The position numbers were made by a program, and so were the translations under genes. DNA of 64,000 bases from Amoebophrya sp. A120 (taxonomy: Eukaryota > Protista > Dinoflagellata), in contig CAJINV010000002.1 of assembly GCA_905178155.1 (NCBI GenBank), forward strand, positions 12,896,204-12,960,203, written 5' to 3'. Each line of letters opens with the position of its first letter. Positions within the stretch are counted from its first letter, which is position 1. Below are positions 49,501 through 61,500 of the stretch, in pieces. The notes under the pieces were generated by a model. That model was given only the letters and a program-made list of their open reading frames with translations, was not told where the DNA came from and made no database searches.

Positions 49501-52500
49501 CGCGGATTGGAAGCGCTTTGTCGCTCGGCGGCAGACTGTGCGACATCAGCAGCAGCTTGTCCGTGTTGAACTACCTGCAGCTCGGGAGCAGCCTATCTCT
49601 GCGCTGTTTGCAGCTCGGCTCGCAAGTGTCGGTGTTAGACAGCAACAACTTCGGCTCCTCCATGTCCATCCGGAACTACGTCCGTGTGGGCTCCGGGTTG
49701 TCGGTGTTCTCCACCGTTCGTACCGGCGAGGTGCTGTCCACACTCGATTTCGCGCAATTCGGTTCGAGCATCAGCGTCCGATCTCACGCCAGCTTTGGCG
49801 CCCGACTTTCCGTGTTGGACTATGTCACGCTGGGTTCCGCGCTCAGCTGCCGTCAGTTCGCGCGCTTCGGAAGCACGGTGTCTGTCTTAGGTCTCGGCCA
49901 AGTCGGGTCGCTGTTCGCGTGCTCCGTCATTGAGGCGGTCGCGCTGGGCAGCAGCATGTCTTTGCGGGACAAGTGCAAGGTGGCGGGCAAGCTTTCCGTC
50001 TTTGATTTCCTGCAGATGGGCTCTTCGCTGTCCATTCGATCCCGCGCCACGCTCGGCGGCCAGTCGGCCAGCGTTCTGGACTACGTGCGGCTCGGAAGCG
50101 CGCTTTCGTTGCGTGGGTACACCCGCTTGGGGAGCACGTTCTCGCTCCTCGAGAAGTGTGCGCTCGCGGCAAGCTGCAGCGTCCTCGGCTTCGTGGAGCT
50201 GGGCTCCTCGTTGTCTGTTCGGAGCAAACTGCTGATGGGAAGCAACTGCAGCGTGATCGACTTCGTGCAGTTCGGCAGCTCCATCTCGCTGCGCAACTAC
50301 ATGCGCATCGGCAGCAACTTGTCCGTTCTTGGCATCGCGAGGGTTTCCTCCGTGATGAAGTGCAGCGTCCAGCAGGCCATGACGGTCACCTCCTCGATGT
50401 CCCTGCGGCAGTTCGTCCGCGCCGGCCAGTCCGTGTCCGTCTTGGGCTACTTGCAGCTCGGCAGCAGCCTGAGCATGCGCGTTGCCGCACGCCTGGGCAG
50501 CGGTCTGAGCCTGTACAGCAGTGCGAAGGTAAGCCACTACGCGAGTGTCATGGACCAGCTGGCGATCGGGTCCACCTTGTCGGTCCGCGCGACGGCAACG
50601 ATCGGGTCGAGACTGTCTGTTTTGGACTTCCTCAACTTGGGTTCGTCCACTTCGGTTCGAAACGTACTCCGGATGGGAGCGGGTTGCAGTGTGATTGATT
50701 TCACGCACTGCGGCAGCAGCTTCTCCCTTCGCGCGTACGGACGCCTCGGGTCGGTGTTGAGCGTGTTCAGCAAGACACAAACCGGCATCCGCGCCAGCAT
50801 TTTGGACTTCTGCGAGCTCGGCTCGAGTCTGTCGCTCCGCAGTATGATTCCGCTGGTGAAACTTGGTTCGGAGCTCAGCATCCTGAACATGGTGAGCTTC
50901 GGCAGCACGTTGAGTTTGCGTTCCACTACTGCTTTAGCAGGTGCGCTCTCGGTCCTGAGCTACACGCAACTGGGTAGCAGCATGAGCTTGCGGTCGACCA
51001 TCCGGCAGAGCGCCGGGTTTTCGGTGCTGGACTTTCTGCACTGCGGCTCGGCACTCTCGGTGCGGTCGGAAATCCGGTTGGCGAGTCACTACAGCATGCT
51101 GGACGTGTTGCAACTGGGTAGCTCGTGCTCCATCCGTGCTGCCTGCCGCCTCGGGTCAGGTGTGTCCCTGTTCGCATTGGCGAAGTGCGGACAGTCGCTG
51201 TCCATGATCGACCAGTTCCAGCTTGGAAGTTCGCTGTCGATTCGTGCGGCGACCAAGCTCAGTGCCAAGTGCTCCGTGTTGCAATTCGTGAATCTCGGCT
51301 CAGCGCTCTCCCTCCGCGCGGTCACGCGCATTGGTAGCGGCTTGAGCATCGCAGAATCCGCTCGCGCGGGCCTCGGCTTGTCAGTCCTGGCCGTCGTGTC
51401 TCTCGGCAGCAGTTTGTCGGTGCGGAACCTCTGCCGCTTCGGCAGCATGCTGACGGTCGTCGACCACACCGCACTGGGCAGTTCTCTGTCCATCCGCAGC
51501 TACTCCCGGTTGGGCTCCACACTCTCTGTGCAGACCGCGGGACGGTGCTCCGTCGGCGACAACTTGTCCGTCCTGGATTACACCGACTTCGCGAGCAGTT
51601 TGTCCTTGCGCGCAGCCTCCAAGTTCGGAGTCTCCGCTATGGGATTCTCACACGTTACATTCTCAACTGTGACATGATTTGTCATGCGAAGCTTCAAACT
51701 TCCGCCGGCCAGATGCACCCTCACACGGGGAAGGGCCGTGACTCCCTGGGTTGCTCCAGTAGGCAAAGGGCTCTTCTCCCTGGCTCGATGCAAGACCGAG
51801 TCGCCTGCGGATGGGAGTGTACCTGGCCCGCGGAACGCTGGCCAGATGCACTGCGATACGGCGGGAAACCTTGCCGAGCTTGCTCCGGTTCGCAAGGGGC
51901 TTTTCGTCCTGGCTAGATGCAAGGCCGAGGCGCCTGCCTGTGGGAGCGCATCTGGCCAGGGGAAGTTCCGCTCGGGTTTGGGTTCCGGGCCCGGGTTTGG
52001 GTTCCGGGCCCGGGTTTGGGTTCCGGGCCCGGGTTTGGGTTCCGGGCCCGGGTTTGGGTTCCGGGCCCGGGTTTGGGTTCCGGGCCCGGGTTTGGGTTCC
52101 GGGCCCGGGTTTGGGTTCCGGGCCCGGGTTTGGGTTCCGGGCCCGGGTTTGGGTTCCGGGCCCGGGTTTGGGTTCCGGGCCCGGGTTTGGGTTCCGGGCC
52201 CGGGTTTGGGTTCCGGGCCCGGGTTTGGGTTCCGGGCCCGGGTTTGGGTTCCGGGCCCGGGTTTGGGTTCCGGGCCCGGGTTTGGGTTCCGGGCCCGGGT
52301 TTGGGTTCCGGGCCCGGGTTTGGGTTCCGGGCCCGGGTTTGGGTTCCGGGCCCGGGTTTGGGTTCCGGGCCCGGGTTTGGGTTCCGGGCCCGGGTTTGGG
52401 TTCCGGGCCCGGGTTTGGGTTCCGGGCCCGGGTTTGGGTTCCGGGCCCGGGTTTGGGTTCCGGGCCCGGGTTTGGGTTCCGGGCCCGGGTTTGGGTTCCG

Positions 52501-55500
52501 GGCCCGGGTTTGGGTTCCGGGCCCGGGTTTGGGTTCCGGGCCCGGGTTTGGGTTCCGGGCCCGGGTTTGGGTTCCGGGCCCGGGTTTGGGTTCCGGGCCC
52601 GGGTTTGGGTTCCGGGCCCGGGTTTGGGTTCCGGGCCCGGGTTTGGGTTCCGGGCCCGGGTTTGGGTTCCGGGCCCGGGTTTGGGTTCCGGGCCCGGGTT
52701 TGGGTTCCGGGCCCGGGTTTGGGTTCCGGGCCCGGGTTTGGGTTCCGGGCCCGGGTTTGGGTTCCGGGCCCGGACACCTCCGCTGGCCCGTTGACAAATC
52801 CCCGAAGGGTTGAGCAGCCCCTAAATCTGTGCCGGATTTGTGATGCGAGAGTTGCAAACGTGCCCCCTTCATTGTTGCGGTTCTTGCATCAAAAATTCAT
52901 GTAACAGTTCAGAATGTAACGTTTGAGAACGCCATATCCGCCTCGGTGTTGAACTTTGCGAACCTCGGGTCCAGCTGCAGTCTGCGCATGTACGCGAAGA
53001 TCGGGAGCAGCCTGAAGACTTTCGGCAGAATGGACTACGGAACTAACATCAGTATCCTGGACGCCGCGATTCTCGGGTCCTCTTTGTCCATTCGCGCTTC
53101 GGCCACCCGGCTCGGCTCGGGCGCGTCGGTGTTCAACTGCCTGGAACTCGGAACGTCGTTGTCCCTCCGTGCCTTCGCGAAACTCGGGAGCGGACTCAGC
53201 ATCTTCACCTCCGGGAGACTCGGTAAGGCTGCCTCGGTGCTCGACTTTGTGCGGCTGTCCTCCTCGATGTCTCTGCGAAGCTTCGGGCAAGCAGGATCGA
53301 AGTTGTCGACCTTGGACTTTTTGCAGTTGGGCTCCTCTATGAGCCTCCGCTCCTACCTCACCTGCGGTAGCCGTGTGTCGGTGTTGGACTACCTCACCAT
53401 GGCATCCAGCATGTCGCTAAGAAACTACGTGCGGTGCGGTAGCAAAGTCAGCGTGCTCGGCATGGGACGCATTGCCCCGGAATTCAGCGTGATTGACTAC
53501 CTGCAGGTGGGAAGCACGATGAGTTTAAGGAGCGCTTGCAAGATGTCCTCGAACTTTTCCGTGGTTGACATGGTTCACTTGGGCTCGGCGCTGTCGCTGC
53601 GAAACTTCTGCCGCGTCGGCGAGGCCGCCTCCGCGTTCGACTTCCTCTCTCTGGGTTCCGCTCTGTCGGTGCGCGCCTTCTGCCGCCTGGGCAGTGGGTT
53701 CTCCGTCGAAGGCGCCAAAGCGAGCTTTGCGGGCTGCCTGTCGGTTCTCGGAGAAGTTTTGATCGGAAGCTCCTTGTCAGTCAGGTCGTTCACACGAGTC
53801 GCGGGCACCAACGCCTCCATCCTGAACTTTGTGCAGCTCGCATCCGCCCTTTCGGTTCGCGGCGTCACACGAGTGGGCAGCGGCTGTTCGGTTTTCACCG
53901 TCGCGCGGGTGCAGAAATCGATGTCGGTTCTGGATCAGTTGCACCTCGGCAGCGCGTTGTCCGTCCGCGGCACCGTGCGGTTCGGCGACAACTTGTCGAC
54001 GCTGGACTTCGTCACATTGGGCAGCACCTTGAGCATCCGGGGCCTCACCCGGTTCGGCAGCAGTGTCTCCCTGCGGAGCTATGTGCGGCTTTCTAGCAGC
54101 TGCAGCCTATTCGGTAGGGCCGTGATCGCGACGAAGAAAGCCGATACAACCCTCTCAGTTTTGCAGCAGGTGGCCGTTGCGTCGTCGCTCTCCGTCCGGT
54201 TCTCGACGACGATGGGCAGATCCGTTTCCGTCCTGGATTTCCTGAACCTCGGATCGGCACTCTCCGTTCGCCAGTACGTGCGGTTTGGGTCCGGCTGCTC
54301 GATCGGACAGAAGGTCGACCTCGCCGACACCTTATCCGTGCTGCAGGCCGGCGCGCTCGGCTCCAGTCTGTCGATTCGCAGCTTGGCGCGGTTCGGACGG
54401 GACATATCGGTCTTCGACATGCTTTCGCTGGGCAGCTCGCTTTCCGTCCGCGGTCACACCCGGATCGGCAGCTCCATTTCCGTGTTCGGGCGCGCGATCC
54501 GGTCGGCGCCAGACCAGATGAGTGTGATTGACCACCTGTTCCTGGGTAGCAGTCTGTCCGCGCGCAACATGATCCGCTTCGGCAGCGTGTGCAGCATCCT
54601 GAACTACGTGCAGATGGGATCCGCGCTGTCGATCCGAAACGTGCTGCGACTCGGTTCCGGTCTCTCCATGTTGCACCCGGTGCAAAACCGCGGCGCGCGG
54701 TTCTCCGTCTGCGACGCCTTCCACCTCGGAAGCTCGTTGAGCACGCGGTCGCGGATCCGGATGGGGTCCACGCTTTCCGTTCGGGCGATGGTGAAAATGT
54801 CCTCCACGATGTCGACGTTTGGTGTGTTCCGGGCCGGAAACGTGCTCTCCGTTTTGGCGGCAACCAGTTGTGGGTCCAGTTTGTCGCTCCGCGAATTCAT
54901 CAAGCTCGGGTCCCGCATGTCGATCCTGGACACGCTCACCCTCGGCAGTTCCTGCAGTATCCGGGCATACACCAGACTCGGCTCGGCGCTAAGCATGGTG
55001 TGCAGCCAGGGCGTCGCCGGACGAGTTTCCCTTCTGGATCACGCCAACTTGGCCTCGGCGCTCTCTGTCCGATCGGTGATGCGCCTGGGACAGCAGGGCC
55101 TGTCGGTTTTGGATTTCTTGCAGCTAGGGTCCACACTGTCCCTGCGCGGGAACAGCAAAGTTGGCTCCACGTTGTCCGTGTTGGAGAAAGTGCGTCTGGG
55201 CGGGCAAATGTCGATTCTGGATTGCCTCGTCCTCGGATCCTCCATGTCGTTGCGAAACTACGTGCGCGTTGGCAGTGCTCTTTCCATCATCGAGTCTGTG
55301 CGCGCGGCCGGCCAGATGTCCCTGCTGGACTACTGCCAGCTCGGCTCCAGCCTCTCCGTGCGCAGCGTCGCCGCGCTGTCGGGCCGAGCCAGCATTCTCG
55401 ATTTCATGGCCATGGGCTCGTCCCTCTCGGTTCGAAGCTTCGAGCAGGCCGCGAGCTCCATTTCCATCAAATCGATGAAGCGGCTCGGAAGCAGCGTCTC

Positions 55501-58500
55501 TGCGTTCTACAACGTCCAGACGGCGGGCGCCACGTTCAGTGTCCTCGACATGGTCACCCTCGGTAGCGCCGTTTCCGTCCGGAACCCCTTGCGGTTTGGA
55601 AAGCGAATCTCGATCACAGACTACTTGACGCTCGGGTCGTCCTTGTCCTTGCGCACCTACATGCGCGTGGGTTCGGGTGTGTCGATCGTGGAGAGCGCAC
55701 GGCTCGCGGTCTCCCTGTCGCTGTTGCAGCAGGTGACGCTGGGCAGTGCGCTGTCTCTGCGGAGCCAGGTGTTCGCCGGCGGAAAGACCAGCGTCCTGGA
55801 CTGTTTGACCCTTGGCTCCTCCCTGTCGATTCGCGCCTACGGCAGAATTGGTTCCGGCTTCAGCGTCGCAGGCAGCGTCCGCGCGGCCGGTGGTGCGCTT
55901 TCGGTCCTGGACCAGCTGCAACTGGGTTCGTCTCTCTCTGTTCGAAGCCTGATTCGGGGTGGCGACGCTCTGTCCCTGCTGCAGTTCGTGAATCTCGGGT
56001 CGAGTTTGTCCTTGCGCACCTACACGAGATTCGGTTCGGGCTTCTCGGTGCTGGAAAAGGCACTGGTTCAGGACAGTCTGTCGATTATTGAGCAGCTGGA
56101 GGTCGGGTCCTCGCTTTCCCTGCGCGGATTTATCAAGGCGGGCGACAAGATCTCCGTCCTTTCGTTCGCGCAGTGCGGATCGGGTCTTTCCATTCGGAAC
56201 TTCGTCCGCATCGGAAGCAGCATGTCTTTGTTCGGCACCAGCCGGTGCGCAAGCATTCTCTCGGTGCTCGACACCACGCACTTCGGTTCGTGTCTGTCCA
56301 CCCGCGAATACGTCCGACTCGGCAGCGCCTTATCGGTCCTGGGTGGCGGGCTTATGGGCGCGCGGCTCTCGGTCTTGAATTCCATCAACCTGGGGAGCAG
56401 CTTCTCGCTCCGCGGCGTGTCCCGCTGCGGCATGCGACTTTCCGCGCTGGATGCAGTCGCACTGGGAAGCAGCCTGTCGTTGCGCACCTGTGCCTATCTG
56501 TCCGCGCAGGCCTCCGTGCTTGACTTCGTCCAGTTGGGCTCTACGCTCAGCCTCCGCGGCGGCACGTGCAAGATCGGAAAGGCGTTCAGCGCCCTGGACT
56601 TCGCGCAGTGCGGCAGCTCTATGAGTCTGCGCTCCTTCGGCACCGCGGGTAGCAACGTGTCTGTGCTGTCCTACGTGAATTTGGGAAGTGCGATTTCGTT
56701 ACGTGCGGCCGCGCGCATCGGCTCTGGCTTGTCAGTTGTCAGAACCTCGCAGATCGGCGGGTCTTTGTCCATCCTTTCGCAGGTGGCCGCAGCGTCGACG
56801 CTGTCTCTGCGGTACTTCGGCAACGCGGCCGGCAGCGCTTCCGTCTTCAACTTCCTGCAACTGGGTTCCGCTCTGTCCCTCCGGGCCACGGCCCGGCTGG
56901 GTTCCGCCTGCAGCGTGTTGTGCCAGGGCAGACTGGGCGACCGGGTCAGCGTCCTCGATGCAATCGTGATCGGCTCTTCCATGTCTCTGCGTGGGTCCAC
57001 TATTCGGATTGCCGACCGGCTCTCGGTTTTGTCGTTCGCACAGCTGGGCTCTAGCTTGAGCCTGCGGAACTTCTTGCGTCTCGGCAGCGCTGCGTCGCTG
57101 TTCGGCGATGTCAGAAGTGGGGCGAAGACGTCCGTCTTGGACTGCGTCACCCTCGGGTCCTCGGTTTCCCTGCGGGCGTACTCCAGACTCGGCGCACACC
57201 TGTCCGTTCTCGATTTTATCCACCTTGGATCGAACGTCAGCATTCGCAACATGCTCCGCCTCGGAAGCTCGTGCTCCGTGTTCTCGCAGGTCCGCCTCGG
57301 TAGCACCATGTCCGTGATCGATAACACCCTCTATCAAATGCAAAAGTGTCTGGGTCTGGAAGAGTGCATGCTTGTCTGGCCTGACTCTTAATAAATCTGT
57401 CATGCACGTTACCCACGTTACCCAGAAGGCTCGGCTGAAGTTGGGTTTTAGGATTTTGGCTTCCAAAAATCGACAGGGGTCCTCTGGACTTCCAAAATCC
57501 TAAAACCCAGTTTATCATGCAGAAAAATAGGCAACACCTAGAAGGAGCTCGAAAAATTTGTCATGCTGTGCCAACACAACTTGTGGCCTCCTCATGATAT
57601 TAGTACAAGTACGCCGCCCAGCATCACAAATTTATTCCAGACCCAGACCTATTTGCAGTTCATACCCTCTTCGGGTCGACGATCAGCGTTCGTGCGGTCA
57701 CCCGGGTCGGATCGGCGCTGTCCGTGTTCGGGAGGCAGACCATCGGTGGCAGTTTCTCTGCGCTGTCGTACGCAGCGCTGGGCTCCTCGATGTCGCTCCG
57801 CTCCTTCGCACGCGTGGGCCAGCGAATCACCGTGTTCGACTACTGCCTGCTGGGCTCGTCCCTTTCCGTGCGCGCCGCGTGCCGCATCGGGAAGGGGCTC
57901 TCGACGCTTGACTCCGTGGTCCTCGGGTCCGCGTTGTCCCTTCGCCAGTGCTCGACCTTCAGCGGGATGGCCAGCATCTGCGACGCCACCAGCCTGGGTA
58001 GCAGTTTGTCGGTGCGATCGATGTTGAAGTTGGGCGTTTCCGGTGTTTCCGTGATGGAATTTGTCGGCATGGGATCTGCGATGTCCCTTCGCTCGTACGT
58101 GCGAATCGGATCGGCGCTGAGTGTGTTCAAGGACGTGAAGTGCGGCGCGAAGCTCTCCGTGCTGGATTGCCTCTCGCTCGGGAGTACTTTGTCGGTCCGC
58201 GAAACAGTGCGGTTCCGCGAGGCCCTCTCCGTGCTCGACTACGTTGCTCTTGGCAGTGCGGTCTCCCTCCGGGCGCAGGGTCGCATTGGCTCGGGATTCT
58301 CGCTCTTCAGCACGGCGCGGTGCGGTCTGACCTTGTCCCTGCTGCAGCACGCGCACGTGGGTTCCAACTTGTCCGTCCGCTCGTTCGGCCGGGTTACTGG
58401 TGCCTTCAGCGTCCTGGATGCGACAACGCTGGGCAGCGGACTGTCCATAAGACACGTGTATCGTGTGGGTCAGGATCTCTCCGTGCTCGATTACGTCACC

Positions 58501-61500
58501 ATCCAGTCCAACATCTCGGTGCGCGCGATGGCTCGCAGCGGCGCCAGCTTGTCACTGCTCAGCTACTCCTCCCTCGGAAGCTCGCTGAGTCTCCGGTCCC
58601 GCGGCTGCTTGGGCGGTCGCGCCAGCGTGTTTGATTTCATGCACCTGGGATCGTCCTTGTCTCTGCGCGGCAACACCGGCGCCTACGGGAGCAAGATGTC
58701 CGTTTTGGACTTTTTGCAGATGGGCAGCTCGTTATCCGTGCGTGGCATCCAGCAGATCAGCAAGGCCGTATCGGCCTTTGATTTCGTGGCGGTATCGTCC
58801 ACCATCTCGGTGCGCGCGTACAGCAGAATCGGCAGCGGGTTCAGTACGTTTGGCTACGCGTCTCGGGTGTCCGCGCAACTTTCGGTGCAGGACTTCGTGC
58901 TGGGCGGCAGCAGCATCTCGCTGCGCGCCTTCTCGCGCATCCCGGGCAACACATCCATTCTCGACTTCGCCTGCGCGGGGTCGAGTCTGAGCATCCGCGC
59001 GTCCGTACGCGCAGGAAGCTCGCTTTCGGTCTTCAGCCGTTCGCAACTCGGTGGGGGCTGCAGCGTCCTGGAAACGGTCTGCCTGGGCAGCACGGTCTCT
59101 CTGCGTGGTCGAGTGAACCTCGGCGAGAGGTTCTCGATGGTCAACTTCATGCACGTCGGCAGTACAATCTCTCTGCGCTCTCTCCCTTTTGCCAGATTGG
59201 GAGGTGCGTTGTCCACGTTCGACGCAGTTCACCTCGGAAGCAGTTTGTCGCTGCGCAATTTTGCGCAGATGGGCGCCAGCGTGTCCGTCGCGGACTTCCT
59301 GTCGCTCGGCAGCTCATTGTCTCTTCGCTCTTACGGGCAGGTGGGCAAGAGCTTGAGTCTGTTGGAGTTCGCAGCACTGGGATCCTCCCTTTCGCTCCGC
59401 TCCTTCGCTCGCACCGCTGCTGGCGCTAGCGTTCTGGATGCCGTTACCTTGGGAAGCTCGTTGAGCATCCGCTGCATGGTGCGCGGTGGTGCGGAGCTGT
59501 CTGCGCTGAACTTCAGTGCACTGTCCAGTTCTTTGTCCATGCGAAGCTTCGTCAGGACTGGGTCGGCCATGAGCATCGCCGGCCTGAAGAACCGCCAAGA
59601 CTCGATGTTGTCCGTGATGGACGCAGTGGCGCTTGGCTCCTCGCTTTCCGTCCGCGGAAACTTGGCTCGCTTGGGCAGCACGCTGTCCTTCTTCCAGGTG
59701 CTGCAACTCGGATCCGCGATGTCGTTGCGGGCGTACAGCCGTGTCGGCAGCGGATTTTCGGTGTTCTTCAAGACGCAGCTCGGCGAAAACATGTCCGTGC
59801 TCGACTTCGTGAACTTCGGAAACGACCTTTCCGTGCGCAGCGAGGTCAACATGGGCGGGAACCGCCTCAGCGTCTTGGATTACGCGTCAATCGGAAGTGT
59901 GGTCTCCCTGCGTCAGTTCCTGCGCCTCGGCAGCGCCATGTCGGTGTTCGGGAAATCTTTGCTGGAGCACTCGTTCTCCATCATCGAGCAGTCTACCATC
60001 GGTTCGAGCGTGAGTCTCCGCCACATGGGACGCTTCGCCAAGTCGATCTCGATTTTCGATTTCTTCTCGTGCGGTAGCTCGCTCTCTTTGCGGCAGTTCA
60101 CGCGAATCAACGACGGCATGCTGTCGGTTGTTGGACGTGCTGGAGTTTCGACTGACGTGTACTTCAGCGTCGCGGATTACTTGCGGTTGGGCAGCTCTTT
60201 CTCGCTGCGCCAGCTGGCACGGCTGGGCGACGGCTTGTCTGTCCTCAACTACGCGGCGTTGGGCAGCACGTGCAGTTTGCGCGCGGTGATCCGCATGGGC
60301 AGCTCGATTTCCGTGCTCGGCGTCCCCCGGCAGCCGACGCAGATTGGCGCGCGACTCTCAGTTCTCGCCGCGGTCACCATCGGCAGTTCGCTGTCGCTCC
60401 GGTCCTTCGGAAGGCTCTACGAGGGCGTTAGCTTCCTGAACTTCGGAACGCTCGGGTCGAGCTTGTCGGTCCGTGCGGCCGCCCGCCTCGGGTCTTCGCT
60501 CTCGTTCACGCAGAACTGCAGACTTAACGATCGGATCTCGCTCCTGGACTGCCTCGCGATTGGAAGCTCGTTTTCGCTCCGGCAAGTAGCGCGCATGGAC
60601 AAGGGGTTTTCCGTTCTGGACTACGCCACCTTCGGGTCCACGTTTTCACTGCGTGCGTTCACCCGGCTCGGATCCTCCCTGTCGGTGAAGCAGGGCTGCT
60701 TCCGCACGGGCTCGGGATTCTCGGTTGCGGATTCTCTCCACAGAATGCGCCTGGGATCCACTCTGTCCGTCCTCGACGCGGTCAGTCTCGGAAGTTCGTT
60801 GTCGATGCGCAGCAGAACTTACAAGGGCGTTGGAGTGGCGTCGGTCCTGAACTTCCTCACCTTCGGGTCGGATGTGAGCGTGCGCAGCTTCGTGCGGCTT
60901 GGCAGCATCATCTCGGTGCACGGTATTGTGTCCCGATTCGGTTCGCTCCAGGCCTTGTCCGTGATTGACAGCATGACGCTCGGTTCCTCCATCTCGGTGC
61001 GATCCTTCAGCTACTTGACCGGAACCAAGTTGACAATGCTTGACTTCGCGTCCTGCGGTTCCGCGATGTCGCTCCGCAGCTACGCCCGCATGGGGTCGAC
61101 CTTCAGTGTGACAAATAAACTGTTGTTAGGCGAGAAGTTATCCATCGCGGACCTCAGTTCGCTTGGCAGCACTTTGTCCATCCGCCAGTTCGCGCGCACG
61201 CACTCTCGCGTCAGCGTGCTAGACATGACCCGACTGGGCTCGTGCCTTTCGGTCCGCAACTTTGTGCGCATCGGGAGCGGATTGAGCTGCATGACCGCGG
61301 CGAAAGTCGGCGCAAAGCTGAGTTTGATGCAGCAACTGACACTCGGGAGCAGCTTGTCCATTCGCACCATGACCATGCGGTTCGACCAGCAGGGGAAGAT
61401 GTCTATCCTGGACTACCTCCACTTGGGCAGCAGCGTGTCAATGCGCAACACCGCCGTGACGGGCAAATCCTTGTCCTTCCTCGACCAACTGGCGCTGGGT

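Noticed and set aside
51973-52770. Telomeric repeat
   Set aside because: The unit is 19 bp, not TTTAGGG or TTAGGG, and it lies inside a TIR-bounded intron.
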